Virus record (IMG/VR): IMGVR_UViG_3300030060_000625
Span: 1-53,690 of that record
From: a virus
Taxonomy: Duplodnaviria; Caudoviricetes
Strand: one strand, 5' to 3'
DNA length: 53,690 nucleotides
Positions 1-9,493 of the stretch are shown here, piece by piece (the stretch's first letter is position 1; each line of letters begins with the position of its first letter). Below the pieces are notes generated by a model that was not told the DNA's origin, did not search any database, and worked only from the letters and a program-made list of their open reading frames with translations. A program made the position numbers and the translations under genes.

Positions 1-99
1 GCTGCATTTGTGTGATGATAAGCTTCTCTATTTGGATGCACTTCTTTAAATAAGTTGTACATTCCAGCATACTGTTTCTTTTCAAAACCTCGCCTATAG
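1..99. repeat. Terminal direct repeat, copy 1 (assembly overlap indicating a circular/complete contig)
   Basis: 1-99 is identical to 53592-53690; it falls inside a coding sequence that stays in frame across the junction. Confidence 0.95.
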
Positions 100-674
100 T
101 TTACTTCAGCTTGAGCGGCAGTTATTGCACCACTAGGAAGTCCTGGTGCATCTGCTTGTTCTCCCATTCTTTTTGCATTTATTCTGTCAGCCACTTGTTC
201 ATAAACAGGTAAAAGAATAGCATCAGGATGGGTGTCGTACTTACCATAATTTTGTAACTGTTTTTCTATTAGTTTTTGTTGAGTTAATTCTTGTTGGTGT
301 TTAAATATTGCACTTCCATCATATACATCTCCTCTAGGTATAAGACCCCTATCTACCATTGCCTCTATTTGAGTAGAAGTAAAAGAATCTGATAATTTAA
401 TTAATCCTCTATTTGTTTTAGCCATATCTTTTAACAAACCAAAAGATGCGTTTGCAATAGCTGTAGAGTCTCTCTTTTCAGCACTATCTCTTGACTGTTG
501 TAACTGAAGCCTATTCATTTCAAGTTGATCAGCAGCAATGTCACGACGAACTTGACGATCTTTTTCTTTTTCTAAAGTAGCAAGACGTTGTTTTTCAGCC
601 TCTGCTGCAGCATTTTCTGATCTTATTTTAGCTTGCAGAAAACCTGACGCAACGCCACCCATAAACGCAGACAT
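1..674 (-). CDS. 5' part of a ~1124-aa putative internal virion (ejection) protein that continues at 53591 and ends at 50891
   Basis: ATG at 674 (MSAFMGGVASGFLQAKIRSE...) has GGAGGT upstream and is open for 204 codons to ...QYAG-MYNLFKEVHPN, the start of track ORF 50891..53653. Confidence 0.85.
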   Translation of the reverse strand, partial: MSAFMGGVASGFLQAKIRSENAAAEAEKQRLATLEKEKDRQVRRDIAADQLEMNRLQLQQSRDSAEKRDSTAIANASFGLLKDMAKTNRGLIKLSDSFTSTQIEAMVDRGLIPRGDVYDGSAIFKHQQELTQQKLIEKQLQNYGKYDTHPDAILLPVYEQVADRINAKRMGEQADAPGLPSGAITAAQAEVNYRRGFEKKQYAGMYNLFKEVHPNREAYHHTNA

Positions 675-675
675 A

Positions 676-1230
676 TTATTGTACCTCCATATCTAAAAAG
701 CTTTCTTTAGGAGCCTGTATAGGTTCGTCTGGTATTTCCATATTTAAAAGCATTTCATCAAATTCTTCTTCTAAGAAAACTTCTTCTCTTTCTCTCTTAG
801 CTTTTTCAGGATTAACTTTTTCCATAAGTTCCATCTTATCGTCAATTTGCATACCTTGATTAGGTAATTCATTAACTACATTTATATCTTCAATTCCAGC
901 ATCTAAACCTATCTGTGTTATATGCGCTACTAAAGGAGGTTTGATTATTTCAGCAACATCAGGTGTAAACACACCCTCTGAAAACATTTTTAAAGTTATA
1001 GAGGATGCAAGTGTTTCAGCGGATATTCCTACGTCTAACAAATTAATAATATCTTGGTATGCTTCAGGTTCTTCAACTGAACTTTTTACAATATCAAAAG
1101 CTTGTTTTGGAGAAACAACCTGTGGTGGTTTTTCAAAAGGCCATTGACCAGGAGTATCTGTTAGAGATTGCCCTGGAATTGCTCTTGCAAGTGGGTCTAA
1201 TGCTTGTGGATTAAATGTAGCTTGAGACAT
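676..1230 (-). CDS. Hypothetical protein, probably virion-associated (184 aa, acidic)
   Basis: Tightly packed ORF in the late operon among the internal virion genes; IPGQSLT...PFEKPPQ N-terminus. Confidence 0.7.
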   Translation of the reverse strand: MSQATFNPQALDPLARAIPGQSLTDTPGQWPFEKPPQVVSPKQAFDIVKSSVEEPEAYQDIINLLDVGISAETLASSITLKMFSEGVFTPDVAEIIKPPLVAHITQIGLDAGIEDINVVNELPNQGMQIDDKMELMEKVNPEKAKREREEVFLEEEFDEMLLNMEIPDEPIQAPKESFLDMEVQ

Positions 1231-1231
1231 T

Positions 1232-1642
1232 TTATGTTTCCAACTTTAATGGTTTTACTCTTGTATCCGTATCCCTTTTTAAAGGATCAGAAATATCATA
1301 CATAGCTGCTTTTATTTTTGCACTGGTATTTCCTGCGCGCATTGCTTGCTGTACCATTGCTTCACGAACTTGGGTTCTAGGTATTGTGCGATACAACTCC
1401 ATTACCTCTTCTTTCATTCTAATATCTTTTGCTGATCCCTCTGCAGGTGCTTTCATTCTACGTCCTGGGTCAGATAAATTTCTTGCATTTTCTGCTGCTC
1501 GTTGTGCGTAACTACGCTCTGCAGCAAAACCGATTCGTGGATCAATTACTTGTTGCTGTTGAGAGCCACCACTTTTTTTGCTGCCACCAATTACATTTTT
1601 TAATAAAGAACTTGCTACGCTACCTACAATTCCACCAAACAT
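1232..1642 (-). CDS. Putative small internal virion protein (136 aa)
   Basis: AGGAG Shine-Dalgarno; Gly-rich amphipathic N-terminus (MFGGIVGSVASSLLKNVIGG) of the kind seen in podovirus ejection proteins; position in operon. Confidence 0.6.
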   Translation of the reverse strand: MFGGIVGSVASSLLKNVIGGSKKSGGSQQQQVIDPRIGFAAERSYAQRAAENARNLSDPGRRMKAPAEGSAKDIRMKEEVMELYRTIPRTQVREAMVQQAMRAGNTSAKIKAAMYDISDPLKRDTDTRVKPLKLET

Positions 1643-1670
1643 TTTTATCTCCTATACAAAATTTTTAACT

Positions 1671-3242
1671 TTAGTAGTTACCAAAATCGCCGTCTCCACC
1701 AAAACTTCCAAACCCGCCAAAATCATCAGCATCATCATCACTACTAAAAATACCAGTTTGATTAATAACACCATTAAATACGCTTTGTAGCATGTTACCT
1801 ACTAACGCACCCATAGATTTTTGAGCATCTGCATCAACTTGAGCATCAAACATATCCATTGCAAATTGATTAGCAATAGCTGTTATGGCTAACTGTTGAT
1901 TACGTGATAAAGCATTTTCTGAAGCTGTAAACGCAAAAGATGTTTCATCTCTATACTCTTGCCATATCGCATCTAATGCTGATGTTGTTATTCCAAGAAC
2001 AGCCGTAGCGTTAACTCTATTTGCTGCATTTTGTTCTGCAGTATTTGCTGTATTTATAGACCTTCTCCATAAAGCATTAGATTGCTCTATTGCAGATATC
2101 ATTGTAGCATTAAATTGTTCTCTTGCATCTTGTAATTTAGCATTGTATTTATTTATAGAATTAGCTTGATCTTCATTATATTGATCCATAGCTGCAGCAC
2201 GATTTGCGTTATTAGTTGCTACAGTAGTTCCGAGAGTATCATAAAACTTTGCCACCTCAAACTCTGTTTTTGCATTTAAATTAAGTCTGGCGTTTTCAGC
2301 AGCAGTATCTGTAAATAAAGCTTGTGTTTTAGTTTGATAATTTAATAAATTTGCTTGCTGCTCAAAATCTGCATTTTTAACGTCCGTAGCTAAGAAAGTT
2401 TCTGCATTTTTAACTGCGGCTTTCATTTTATTATCAAGGTTCTGCCTGTCCATAGCAGCAATAGTAGCAGCGTTTGCTAATGCAGTTTGTTGTTCGTTAT
2501 TTAAATTTTGTAATTGTATTGTAGCATACTTATTAGCATCTTGTATTGCAATAGGTAACGCACTTTCTGCAATAGCACTTACCATTGCTGCAGATGCAAC
2601 AGTAGATGCACCAAACCCTCTAGCCATCATAATGTCATTTATTTTTTTGACATTCTTGGATGCCCAAGCAGGAAGTGGTTTGCCTTCCTCAAGTGATTCG
2701 TATAATGAACTTATTTGATATTGAACGGTAGCCTCTGCAGCAAGAGCTTGTGTTTTTGCTTCTGCTAAAGAACCACGTTCTAACATCTCTGTTTTTGTGC
2801 GTTCATCTACTACATCTGCAGGATCAATAATTGCTCCTGGCGATAACTCAACTTCTGCACCTACAACATCTGTAGGCATATTAGATAGGTTTCGCTCTAC
2901 AGCGTCTATTTGCCCAAGGTCTGTTTGTGCGGTGGGAGCAGTTACATCTTGACTTGTAAGAGTGCTTGCTGCAGGTACTGTTGCTCCAGTTGAATCCAAA
3001 GTAACACCTGCAGTTGTTGTGCTTAACAGTTCATTATCTTGAACTTCTTGTTTTTCTGGTGTATATTTAGCATCGCCAAGATCAACAACGCCCGATGCTT
3101 GTTCACCAATAATATCACGAGCAGGTTTAAAAGCCTCCTCAGTAGTAAGCTCTCGTTCAGGCTCTGGCTCTGCTACTTCTTCCTCTGGTGCAGGGTCAGG
3201 AAGATTATCCAAAAGGTCATCAGGGTCCATTACTGTAGTCAT
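1671..3242 (-). CDS. Putative internal virion protein (523 aa, Ala/Gln/Asn-rich helical)
   Basis: Long ORF after the tail fibre genes; A/Q/N-rich coiled-coil character; Gly-rich acidic C-terminus. Confidence 0.65.
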   Translation of the reverse strand: MTTVMDPDDLLDNLPDPAPEEEVAEPEPERELTTEEAFKPARDIIGEQASGVVDLGDAKYTPEKQEVQDNELLSTTTAGVTLDSTGATVPAASTLTSQDVTAPTAQTDLGQIDAVERNLSNMPTDVVGAEVELSPGAIIDPADVVDERTKTEMLERGSLAEAKTQALAAEATVQYQISSLYESLEEGKPLPAWASKNVKKINDIMMARGFGASTVASAAMVSAIAESALPIAIQDANKYATIQLQNLNNEQQTALANAATIAAMDRQNLDNKMKAAVKNAETFLATDVKNADFEQQANLLNYQTKTQALFTDTAAENARLNLNAKTEFEVAKFYDTLGTTVATNNANRAAAMDQYNEDQANSINKYNAKLQDAREQFNATMISAIEQSNALWRRSINTANTAEQNAANRVNATAVLGITTSALDAIWQEYRDETSFAFTASENALSRNQQLAITAIANQFAMDMFDAQVDADAQKSMGALVGNMLQSVFNGVINQTGIFSSDDDADDFGGFGSFGGDGDFGNY

Positions 3243-3246
3243 ATTA

Positions 3247-3672
3247 TTATACCTCAGTATCTTTTACTTTTTCAGGTTCAGATTGTTTTTCTTTTTGAAT
3301 AGCTGCCCAAAAATATGTTATTTCTTTACCATCTTCAGGTTTCTCATCTAGAATAACTTTCCATATTTCTATTTCTACATTATCAGATATTGAACCCTTA
3401 AACTCTAGCTTAATAAATTTAGCGAGTACGGGTTGAGGAAATATGATACATTTTTCATCAAAGATTCTTTGATAAAATTCTTGTAAACCTTTTTCAAAAC
3501 TTTTTGAGTATTCTGTATGAATTTTTTTAGAAACTTCTAATGTTGTACATACTTGAGTAATTAAACCTACCTCGTATTCTTTATTTGCGTCAAACCTATC
3601 TTCTGGTATTGTACAACTTATTAGTATAAAAGTCAAGAATAAAAGTATAAAACGTTTTAATTTTGTCATCAA
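3247..3672 (-). CDS. Putative lipoprotein (141 aa)
   Basis: Basic N-terminus, hydrophobic stretch and lipobox-like LISC (MMTKLKRFILLFLTFILISC). Confidence 0.6.
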   Translation of the reverse strand: MMTKLKRFILLFLTFILISCTIPEDRFDANKEYEVGLITQVCTTLEVSKKIHTEYSKSFEKGLQEFYQRIFDEKCIIFPQPVLAKFIKLEFKGSISDNVEIEIWKVILDEKPEDGKEITYFWAAIQKEKQSEPEKVKDTEV

Positions 3673-4022
3673 TCTCTATCCTTAACGGGAGGGTGGGAAC
3701 CATTGTGCATCTTATGAAAGTTATCTAGTTCTCTTTCAATAGAATCTAGTCTTTGTTCTATTCTACCATCCCGTTCACTTCGTTCTTTTAGTATTTGTGG
3801 CGATAAGATATCTTTTGCCATCGTATCTATTGAGCTTGTAGCAACAGCTTGCACTGCTTCTACTTTATCTAGCCTTGTATTTAAACTTGCTAACTCGTCT
3901 TTCTCTTCTGCTAGTTGCTCTGTAATTGTTTTAATCGTAGATTTAATAACGCCGTATGTTGCAGCGAGACCTGCTAATACTGTACCTAAAGTAATTAACT
4001 CTTTTGTTCCAAGCTCTAACAT
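3669..4022 (-). CDS. Membrane-anchored coiled-coil protein (117 aa)
   Basis: N-terminal hydrophobic helix LITLGTVLAGLAATYGVI followed by a heptad-rich region; coupled to both neighbours. Confidence 0.65.
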   Translation of the reverse strand: MLELGTKELITLGTVLAGLAATYGVIKSTIKTITEQLAEEKDELASLNTRLDKVEAVQAVATSSIDTMAKDILSPQILKERSERDGRIEQRLDSIERELDNFHKMHNGSHPPVKDRD

Positions 4023-7000
4023 TATCGTGCTGTAGCAGGGGTTGTTCCCGCAAATGGATTTTCTGCAAATGCTAAATAAAGATAACCATCAGTAGCAGAA
4101 CTTCCACCATACGCTCTATCATTAGCACGAATTTTAAAACCATTTGACAATAGGTCTAAAATATTTCCTGCGCCTTCTGCTGCTGTTGAATTAGGTATTA
4201 ATTGATTGTTTTCATCATTGTATCCTGGCCGTTGGTTATCAAAAACATACCAGCTTTCTCCAGAGTTTTTATAATTTTTAAGCATAAGCCATGCTGGTTT
4301 AAATCCTATATTTACATAAATACCATTTGTACTATTAGCTCCACCTGTATAAGAACCTACCTTACTATATCCTGGTATTGATCTAAATACATACGCCATA
4401 TATTCATCACCGTTTTTATTAACACCATTATCATTACCAACTTCAAAATGTGTTGAATCAGAACCAGTTTCAAAATGTCCCGTGAATAAACTCCCATTAA
4501 TATTATCATCAGTATTTAAATGTAAGTGAGCATCATCACCCGTTTGAGAATCAGAAGCAAAACCAGTGGTTGACGTAGATAGGACCATCCAATCATGGGT
4601 ATCGTCCATATTTTTAATTAACGCTAATTCAGGTTTTGCACCTAAACCGTGTGTAACTTTAGTGTCTTGACCGTTTGAAATTTGAGAGTTTGCTCCCGTA
4701 TATTTTACAAGCGAAAACCCTGCGGTTTGGTTAGCCCTATGAGTGCAAGCATTTATAGAACCATCGCCTGAACCTGAAGCTGAAACGGCTGTATTACTAT
4801 CACCAGCTTTCCATTGCCAACCTAATTTTGCTTGACCAGAACCATTAACCCCGCCGCCACTGCCCACTGTAAATCCATCAGAATCAAGGCTTAAAACTGA
4901 AGTGGTCTCTGTGGTTGAAACAGAATTTCCTAAACTACTATCTGTAAAAAATACCTTTGTAGCCCCACGAATTGCGTCAGTAATACGATGCTCTGTAGTG
5001 GTGCGACCTTTTGTCCATAAAAAATCAGGAGCAAACGTACTGTTTTCACCAGACTGATTAATTTCGTGAGAACTAGCACCGTTACCTGTGTATAGCGTTG
5101 TTTGGAAATAAGCAGACCCATCTTCAATAGTAGGTGCTGATCCTGCAAAAGCATCTTTAGCTGTAAGACCCGTATGCCCTGATGTTGGTGTATCAGTAAA
5201 GGCACTAGAACCAAAGTTAAAATTAAATACACCATTGCGATCAGTCTCTACGCCTGTGAATGAAACAACGTAATAAGGCTCATCTGCAAAACCCAAACTG
5301 CTATAAGTTGTATCAAGGCTACCGTTAAAGTAGTACCTAACAGTGGTTGAACCAATCGTAGACATATCAACTTCAAATGTAAGTCGTGAATTTGTTGTTG
5401 GCTTATTAGTTGGTGCAGTTAGTGAGCCATTATCAAATACTGCGGTGTTTGATCCAGTTCCACCTGATTTAATCAGACTAATTGTAAATTGGTCATTTGT
5501 TCCTGTAAGGGGTGAGGCATCTGTCTCCCACATACTCTGTGGCATAAGAGCCAAAGCAAATCTTGCATATTCGCTAGAGTGCATACTCTCAGTTACAGCT
5601 TCAAAATGATATTTCTGTCCTGGTTGTAACAATTGAGAAGCTGCTACCATAATATCGCCACTGCTACCACTTGTATGTGTTATCGTTCTATTTCCATTCG
5701 TAAATGTCCAGTCACTAAGTACTTGAGTAAAGTTGGTCTGATGACGGGTAATTAACGGTGAGAAAGTGGCTGCATTGGTCGTCGGGCTGTCAGTGGTCTG
5801 CGTGGGTGAATTGACTGTTATAAACCCGCCAGTCCCTCCTACGTTCCCGCCGTTTAATGTTGTACTGCCATTAACCCATCTAAAGTATTCCCAATCCAAG
5901 CTCGAAGAGCTTTGACCAATTAAAATACGTACTTCATTTGAACTAGTGCCTGTAAATGTATGGCGTAACACACCACCCTCAAAAACTTTAAACTCACTGC
6001 CTGACCGTTGAAACTTTATAACTTCAGCGTTTCCATGCACGACTTGAAAAATTGCTGATGCTTCAGTAGATGAACCCTTTAGTGCATTTACATTATTGCC
6101 AGATGTAAAGAACAGATAAAAACTATCTGTCATAGAACCCATACCACCGTCTGACGACCCTGTTGAAAAAGTACCGTCTTCGTCAATTTCATATACACCA
6201 ACATAAGCTGGGTTTGCACCACCCTTCCAAGTGAAGTCGAAAGCAAAATCACCAGTAAAAGTCTTGTTAGTTCTGATCGCTCCTTGGTTGCCACCAGTAG
6301 CAACTATGTCCGTATCAAGCGTACTAAAGTCTCCCGTGTCTCCGTTCCATTCAGACGCTGTTGTCATCGCTACGCCAATGCCGCTACCCGTTGAGTAGTC
6401 TGCTCCAAGGTAATTGCTGTCTGTAAATGGAAGGTAAAAACCTTGATCTCCAAAAGTATTGGATGTTGGATCTATGGGTCGCCACACGCCGTTGGTGTCG
6501 TATTCACCAAAAGCTGTTGGATCTAAACTCTGTCCGTCGCAGTAAACAACTTCAGAAATGTATCCATCCCAGTCATGTCCTGTCCCACCTGACCAACTAC
6601 CAATTCTCCAATCCGCTAAATTTGTAAATATATCTCCATTTTGAGACGGATAATTAGTGCTGTCATAATCTGTAATCAGTGTCCCGTTGATATACAATCT
6701 TGCTCTGTCAGCCTCTGTGCTTTGAGTCGTATCTATACGAACAACCGCATGATACCAAGCATGAGGATCACGAAAAACCATCGTGGTTGTGTTGCTAGTG
6801 GCACCCCCCGCATCACCGTTGACCAGTAATTTGTCATTTGCGCCAAGAATTAAAAGTTCAATATTCGGATTATTACCGTCCCCGTGATTCCAAATTCTCA
6901 AATTGTTCCCGCTGGGAAAATTACCACGTTTAAACCAAACTGATATTGTACCAATATCTGCATTTGAGGGATTAGATGATGAATCACCTGTATTTATTTT

Positions 7001-7102
7001 TCGCAGATACTGATCATTATCGTCATCAAGCAACATACTGTTATCGACAGCAAAGCCGCCAGAAGAAAAAGATAAAATACCAAGAGGAATAGAGTGAAGC
7101 AT
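4022..7102 (-). CDS. Tail fibre / receptor-binding protein with LamG/concanavalin-A-like and further beta-sandwich (SPRY-like) domains (1026 aa)
   Basis: TISVWFKR...WYHAVVRID...LYING...WDGYISEV is a LamG-like pattern; G/S/T-rich; follows another fibre gene. Confidence 0.8.
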   Translation of the reverse strand: MLHSIPLGILSFSSGGFAVDNSMLLDDDNDQYLRKINTGDSSSNPSNADIGTISVWFKRGNFPSGNNLRIWNHGDGNNPNIELLILGANDKLLVNGDAGGATSNTTTMVFRDPHAWYHAVVRIDTTQSTEADRARLYINGTLITDYDSTNYPSQNGDIFTNLADWRIGSWSGGTGHDWDGYISEVVYCDGQSLDPTAFGEYDTNGVWRPIDPTSNTFGDQGFYLPFTDSNYLGADYSTGSGIGVAMTTASEWNGDTGDFSTLDTDIVATGGNQGAIRTNKTFTGDFAFDFTWKGGANPAYVGVYEIDEDGTFSTGSSDGGMGSMTDSFYLFFTSGNNVNALKGSSTEASAIFQVVHGNAEVIKFQRSGSEFKVFEGGVLRHTFTGTSSNEVRILIGQSSSSLDWEYFRWVNGSTTLNGGNVGGTGGFITVNSPTQTTDSPTTNAATFSPLITRHQTNFTQVLSDWTFTNGNRTITHTSGSSGDIMVAASQLLQPGQKYHFEAVTESMHSSEYARFALALMPQSMWETDASPLTGTNDQFTISLIKSGGTGSNTAVFDNGSLTAPTNKPTTNSRLTFEVDMSTIGSTTVRYYFNGSLDTTYSSLGFADEPYYVVSFTGVETDRNGVFNFNFGSSAFTDTPTSGHTGLTAKDAFAGSAPTIEDGSAYFQTTLYTGNGASSHEINQSGENSTFAPDFLWTKGRTTTEHRITDAIRGATKVFFTDSSLGNSVSTTETTSVLSLDSDGFTVGSGGGVNGSGQAKLGWQWKAGDSNTAVSASGSGDGSINACTHRANQTAGFSLVKYTGANSQISNGQDTKVTHGLGAKPELALIKNMDDTHDWMVLSTSTTGFASDSQTGDDAHLHLNTDDNINGSLFTGHFETGSDSTHFEVGNDNGVNKNGDEYMAYVFRSIPGYSKVGSYTGGANSTNGIYVNIGFKPAWLMLKNYKNSGESWYVFDNQRPGYNDENNQLIPNSTAAEGAGNILDLLSNGFKIRANDRAYGGSSATDGYLYLAFAENPFAGTTPATAR

Positions 7103-9493
7103 TTAACTTACGCCACCATGATTACCTATAAGAAGCCACGTATCAGTAGCTATTTTTAAACAAGACGCTGAAGCGTACTGTGCAGCTATCGCACCTGAAC
7201 CTGTGCTTACACCGTTTACGGTTACACCACTACCACCTGTAATGGTAGTTGTTCCAGCACCCAACATGACCACATCAATACGATCACCTACTGCAAAAGC
7301 TACACTAGAGTTAGGTGGTATGGTAAGCGTGTTAGCACTAGCGTTACTCATTGTTACTGTTTTAAACGCATCACCAATAACTAATGTATACGATGTTCCT
7401 GTTTGAGCGTTAACAGCACCAGCTATCTTAGCAGGAGTTACAGCGTTATCTTGAATATCCGCTGTTTCAATTGTATCAGCAGGAAGTACAGGAACTTGAC
7501 TAAATGTAACTACACCATTAGATGCTATAGCAATTGCATCTGTGGTACTTGTATGCCCAATGTTTGTCCCGTTAATAATAATGCTGTCTACTGTAAGAGT
7601 AGTAAGAGTGCCTACCGAAGTAATGTTACTTTGAGCAGAACCTGTAACAGTAGCTGCTGTGCCACTAACGTTACCAGTTACGTTTCCAGTTAAGTCTCCT
7701 TCAAATACTGCATTAATTGTTCCTACAGAACCACTAACGACTTCACTAGAGATACTTGCATCAGGTATAAATTTAAGTTTATAAGAGTCGTTATCATCAA
7801 TACCAAGAAATGCAGTTTTTGCTGCACTTCCTGTATGATATTGCATTGCAATACCTACATCTTTGTTGGTATCTGCTCCTAGCACACCACCATCAGATGC
7901 TGTTTGTAGATGAATAATAGGATCAACAACAGCTAATGTTGTTGTGTCAAGTGTGGTAGATGTACCGTTAACAGTAAAGTTACCCGTCACTGTAAGATTT
8001 TGCGACATTGATACGTTGCCATTATCAGCAATAGCTATAGCATCCGTATCACTAGCAGAACCAATATTACCACCATCGGGTATAACAAGACCACCTGCAC
8101 TTAGCGTAAGAACACCCGCACCAGACAATTGCATCTTAGAAGCAGGAGTATCGGTGTTAGCAGCTTTTGTTTTAAAATCAATCGAAGATGTGCCAGTTCC
8201 GTCACCACCGCCTGAAGATAGTGTGAGATTACCACCGTTTACGTTATTAGAACCTGTAGCACTAGAGCCAGCAGCAACCGTCAGATTTTTACCTGCTGTT
8301 GTGCTAGTAGTAGAGGCTACACCAATTTCCCAGTTAGCTCCGTTAGTAAACGTTACACCACCATCATCTATCTGTACAATATCTGTACCGTCTACATCAA
8401 AAAGTATCTTACCAGCATCTCCACCAGTATCGGCGGTTGCTGTAGATATTTCTAAATAATTAAGTGTTTGTGCGCTGGAATCAAATACAGCTTGTATCAT
8501 TCCTTTCTCAGCGTCTGCACCACCTATAGATATAGATGGACTACCATCGTTTACATCTTCTAGAAGTTTGAGATCAGAACCATCAAAGGTAAGGTGATCT
8601 TCACCTGCAAGAGCGTTAGCACCAGTAACTGTAGCTATTGTATTGTCAGTGCTTCCAGTAAGAGAAACGTTGTTAAGTGAACTTAAACCATCTAGAAGGT
8701 TCAATTCTGTAGCAGTAGACGTAACAAGAGTGCCACCTAGTTTAAGACCACCCGCTGCACCATCGTGTGTGCTAATATCTACTGTGATATCAGTATCAGT
8801 ACCTGCACCTAATATTGAAAGACCTTTAGTAAGAGTGCCGTCATTCTCTGCAACAAAAAAATCTATGCCGCCTTGTTCACCACCAGCCGTAACATCTACG
8901 ATGGTAGATTGTATGCGTCCATATGTTGTTGCATTGTCCCCTGCATCTTCACTCAAAAAGTCTATGTTGCCAATTACATCATTTGTTGCTGGGCTGCTTC
9001 CGTCTTTTTTAAATTTAAGTGTTGCACTATTGGCATCTGCATTACTATTAAACAATGTTAGTACAGGTTTGGCAGAGGTTGAACTTTCAATGGCCATATC
9101 TGATCCTGTCAATACAAGATCATTATCCCCATCTTCATCGTATTCTATTGTCCATTCTGAGCCAGTTCCAAAGATAAGTTTTTCATCATCTGCGATCATA
9201 ACATCGTCAGAATACTTAAACATATCCTCATCTTCTAACCACGTTAGAACACCGTCATTATTTTCCCCGTCAAACGTTACGGTAATGTCTGTTCCTGCAG
9301 TTCCTGCGCCTAGCGTGATAGAGTTACTACCTGCTAACTTTGATAGTCCACCACCATTACCTGCTGTTCCATCGTGTGTGTGACCGCTTGTACCAAAGGC
9401 TGTTACAATCGCATCAAACTCGTTATTAGAGTCAGACGCATTAATTGTATCGCCAGTTGTATACGTGCTTTGTCGTGATGAGTATCCCGCCAT
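7103..9493 (-). CDS. Tail fibre protein (796 aa)
   Basis: N-terminus MAGYSSRQSTYTTGDTINASDSNNEFDAI...GHTHDG typical of podovirus fibre attachment domains; G/T/S/D-rich beta repeats; follows the nozzle gene. Confidence 0.8.
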   Translation of the reverse strand: MAGYSSRQSTYTTGDTINASDSNNEFDAIVTAFGTSGHTHDGTAGNGGGLSKLAGSNSITLGAGTAGTDITVTFDGENNDGVLTWLEDEDMFKYSDDVMIADDEKLIFGTGSEWTIEYDEDGDNDLVLTGSDMAIESSTSAKPVLTLFNSNADANSATLKFKKDGSSPATNDVIGNIDFLSEDAGDNATTYGRIQSTIVDVTAGGEQGGIDFFVAENDGTLTKGLSILGAGTDTDITVDISTHDGAAGGLKLGGTLVTSTATELNLLDGLSSLNNVSLTGSTDNTIATVTGANALAGEDHLTFDGSDLKLLEDVNDGSPSISIGGADAEKGMIQAVFDSSAQTLNYLEISTATADTGGDAGKILFDVDGTDIVQIDDGGVTFTNGANWEIGVASTTSTTAGKNLTVAAGSSATGSNNVNGGNLTLSSGGGDGTGTSSIDFKTKAANTDTPASKMQLSGAGVLTLSAGGLVIPDGGNIGSASDTDAIAIADNGNVSMSQNLTVTGNFTVNGTSTTLDTTTLAVVDPIIHLQTASDGGVLGADTNKDVGIAMQYHTGSAAKTAFLGIDDNDSYKLKFIPDASISSEVVSGSVGTINAVFEGDLTGNVTGNVSGTAATVTGSAQSNITSVGTLTTLTVDSIIINGTNIGHTSTTDAIAIASNGVVTFSQVPVLPADTIETADIQDNAVTPAKIAGAVNAQTGTSYTLVIGDAFKTVTMSNASANTLTIPPNSSVAFAVGDRIDVVMLGAGTTTITGGSGVTVNGVSTGSGAIAAQYASASCLKIATDTWLLIGNHGGVS

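Noticed and set aside
1-99. 99-bp terminal repeat as the biological direct terminal repeat
   Set aside because: It lies mid-gene and its length matches a common assembler k-mer; best read as a circular assembly overlap
3249-3259. TATACCTCAG here and at ~30320 as extra copies of the T7-like promoter repeat
   Set aside because: Both are the reverse complement of GAGGT Shine-Dalgarno sites of minus-strand genes and lack the rest of the repeat
7203-9383. Long plus-strand ORFs antisense to tail genes (e.g. 7944..8459, 8643..9383) and similar shadow ORFs elsewhere
   Set aside because: They mirror codon bias on the coding strand, lack Shine-Dalgarno sites and motifs, and oppose well-supported genes
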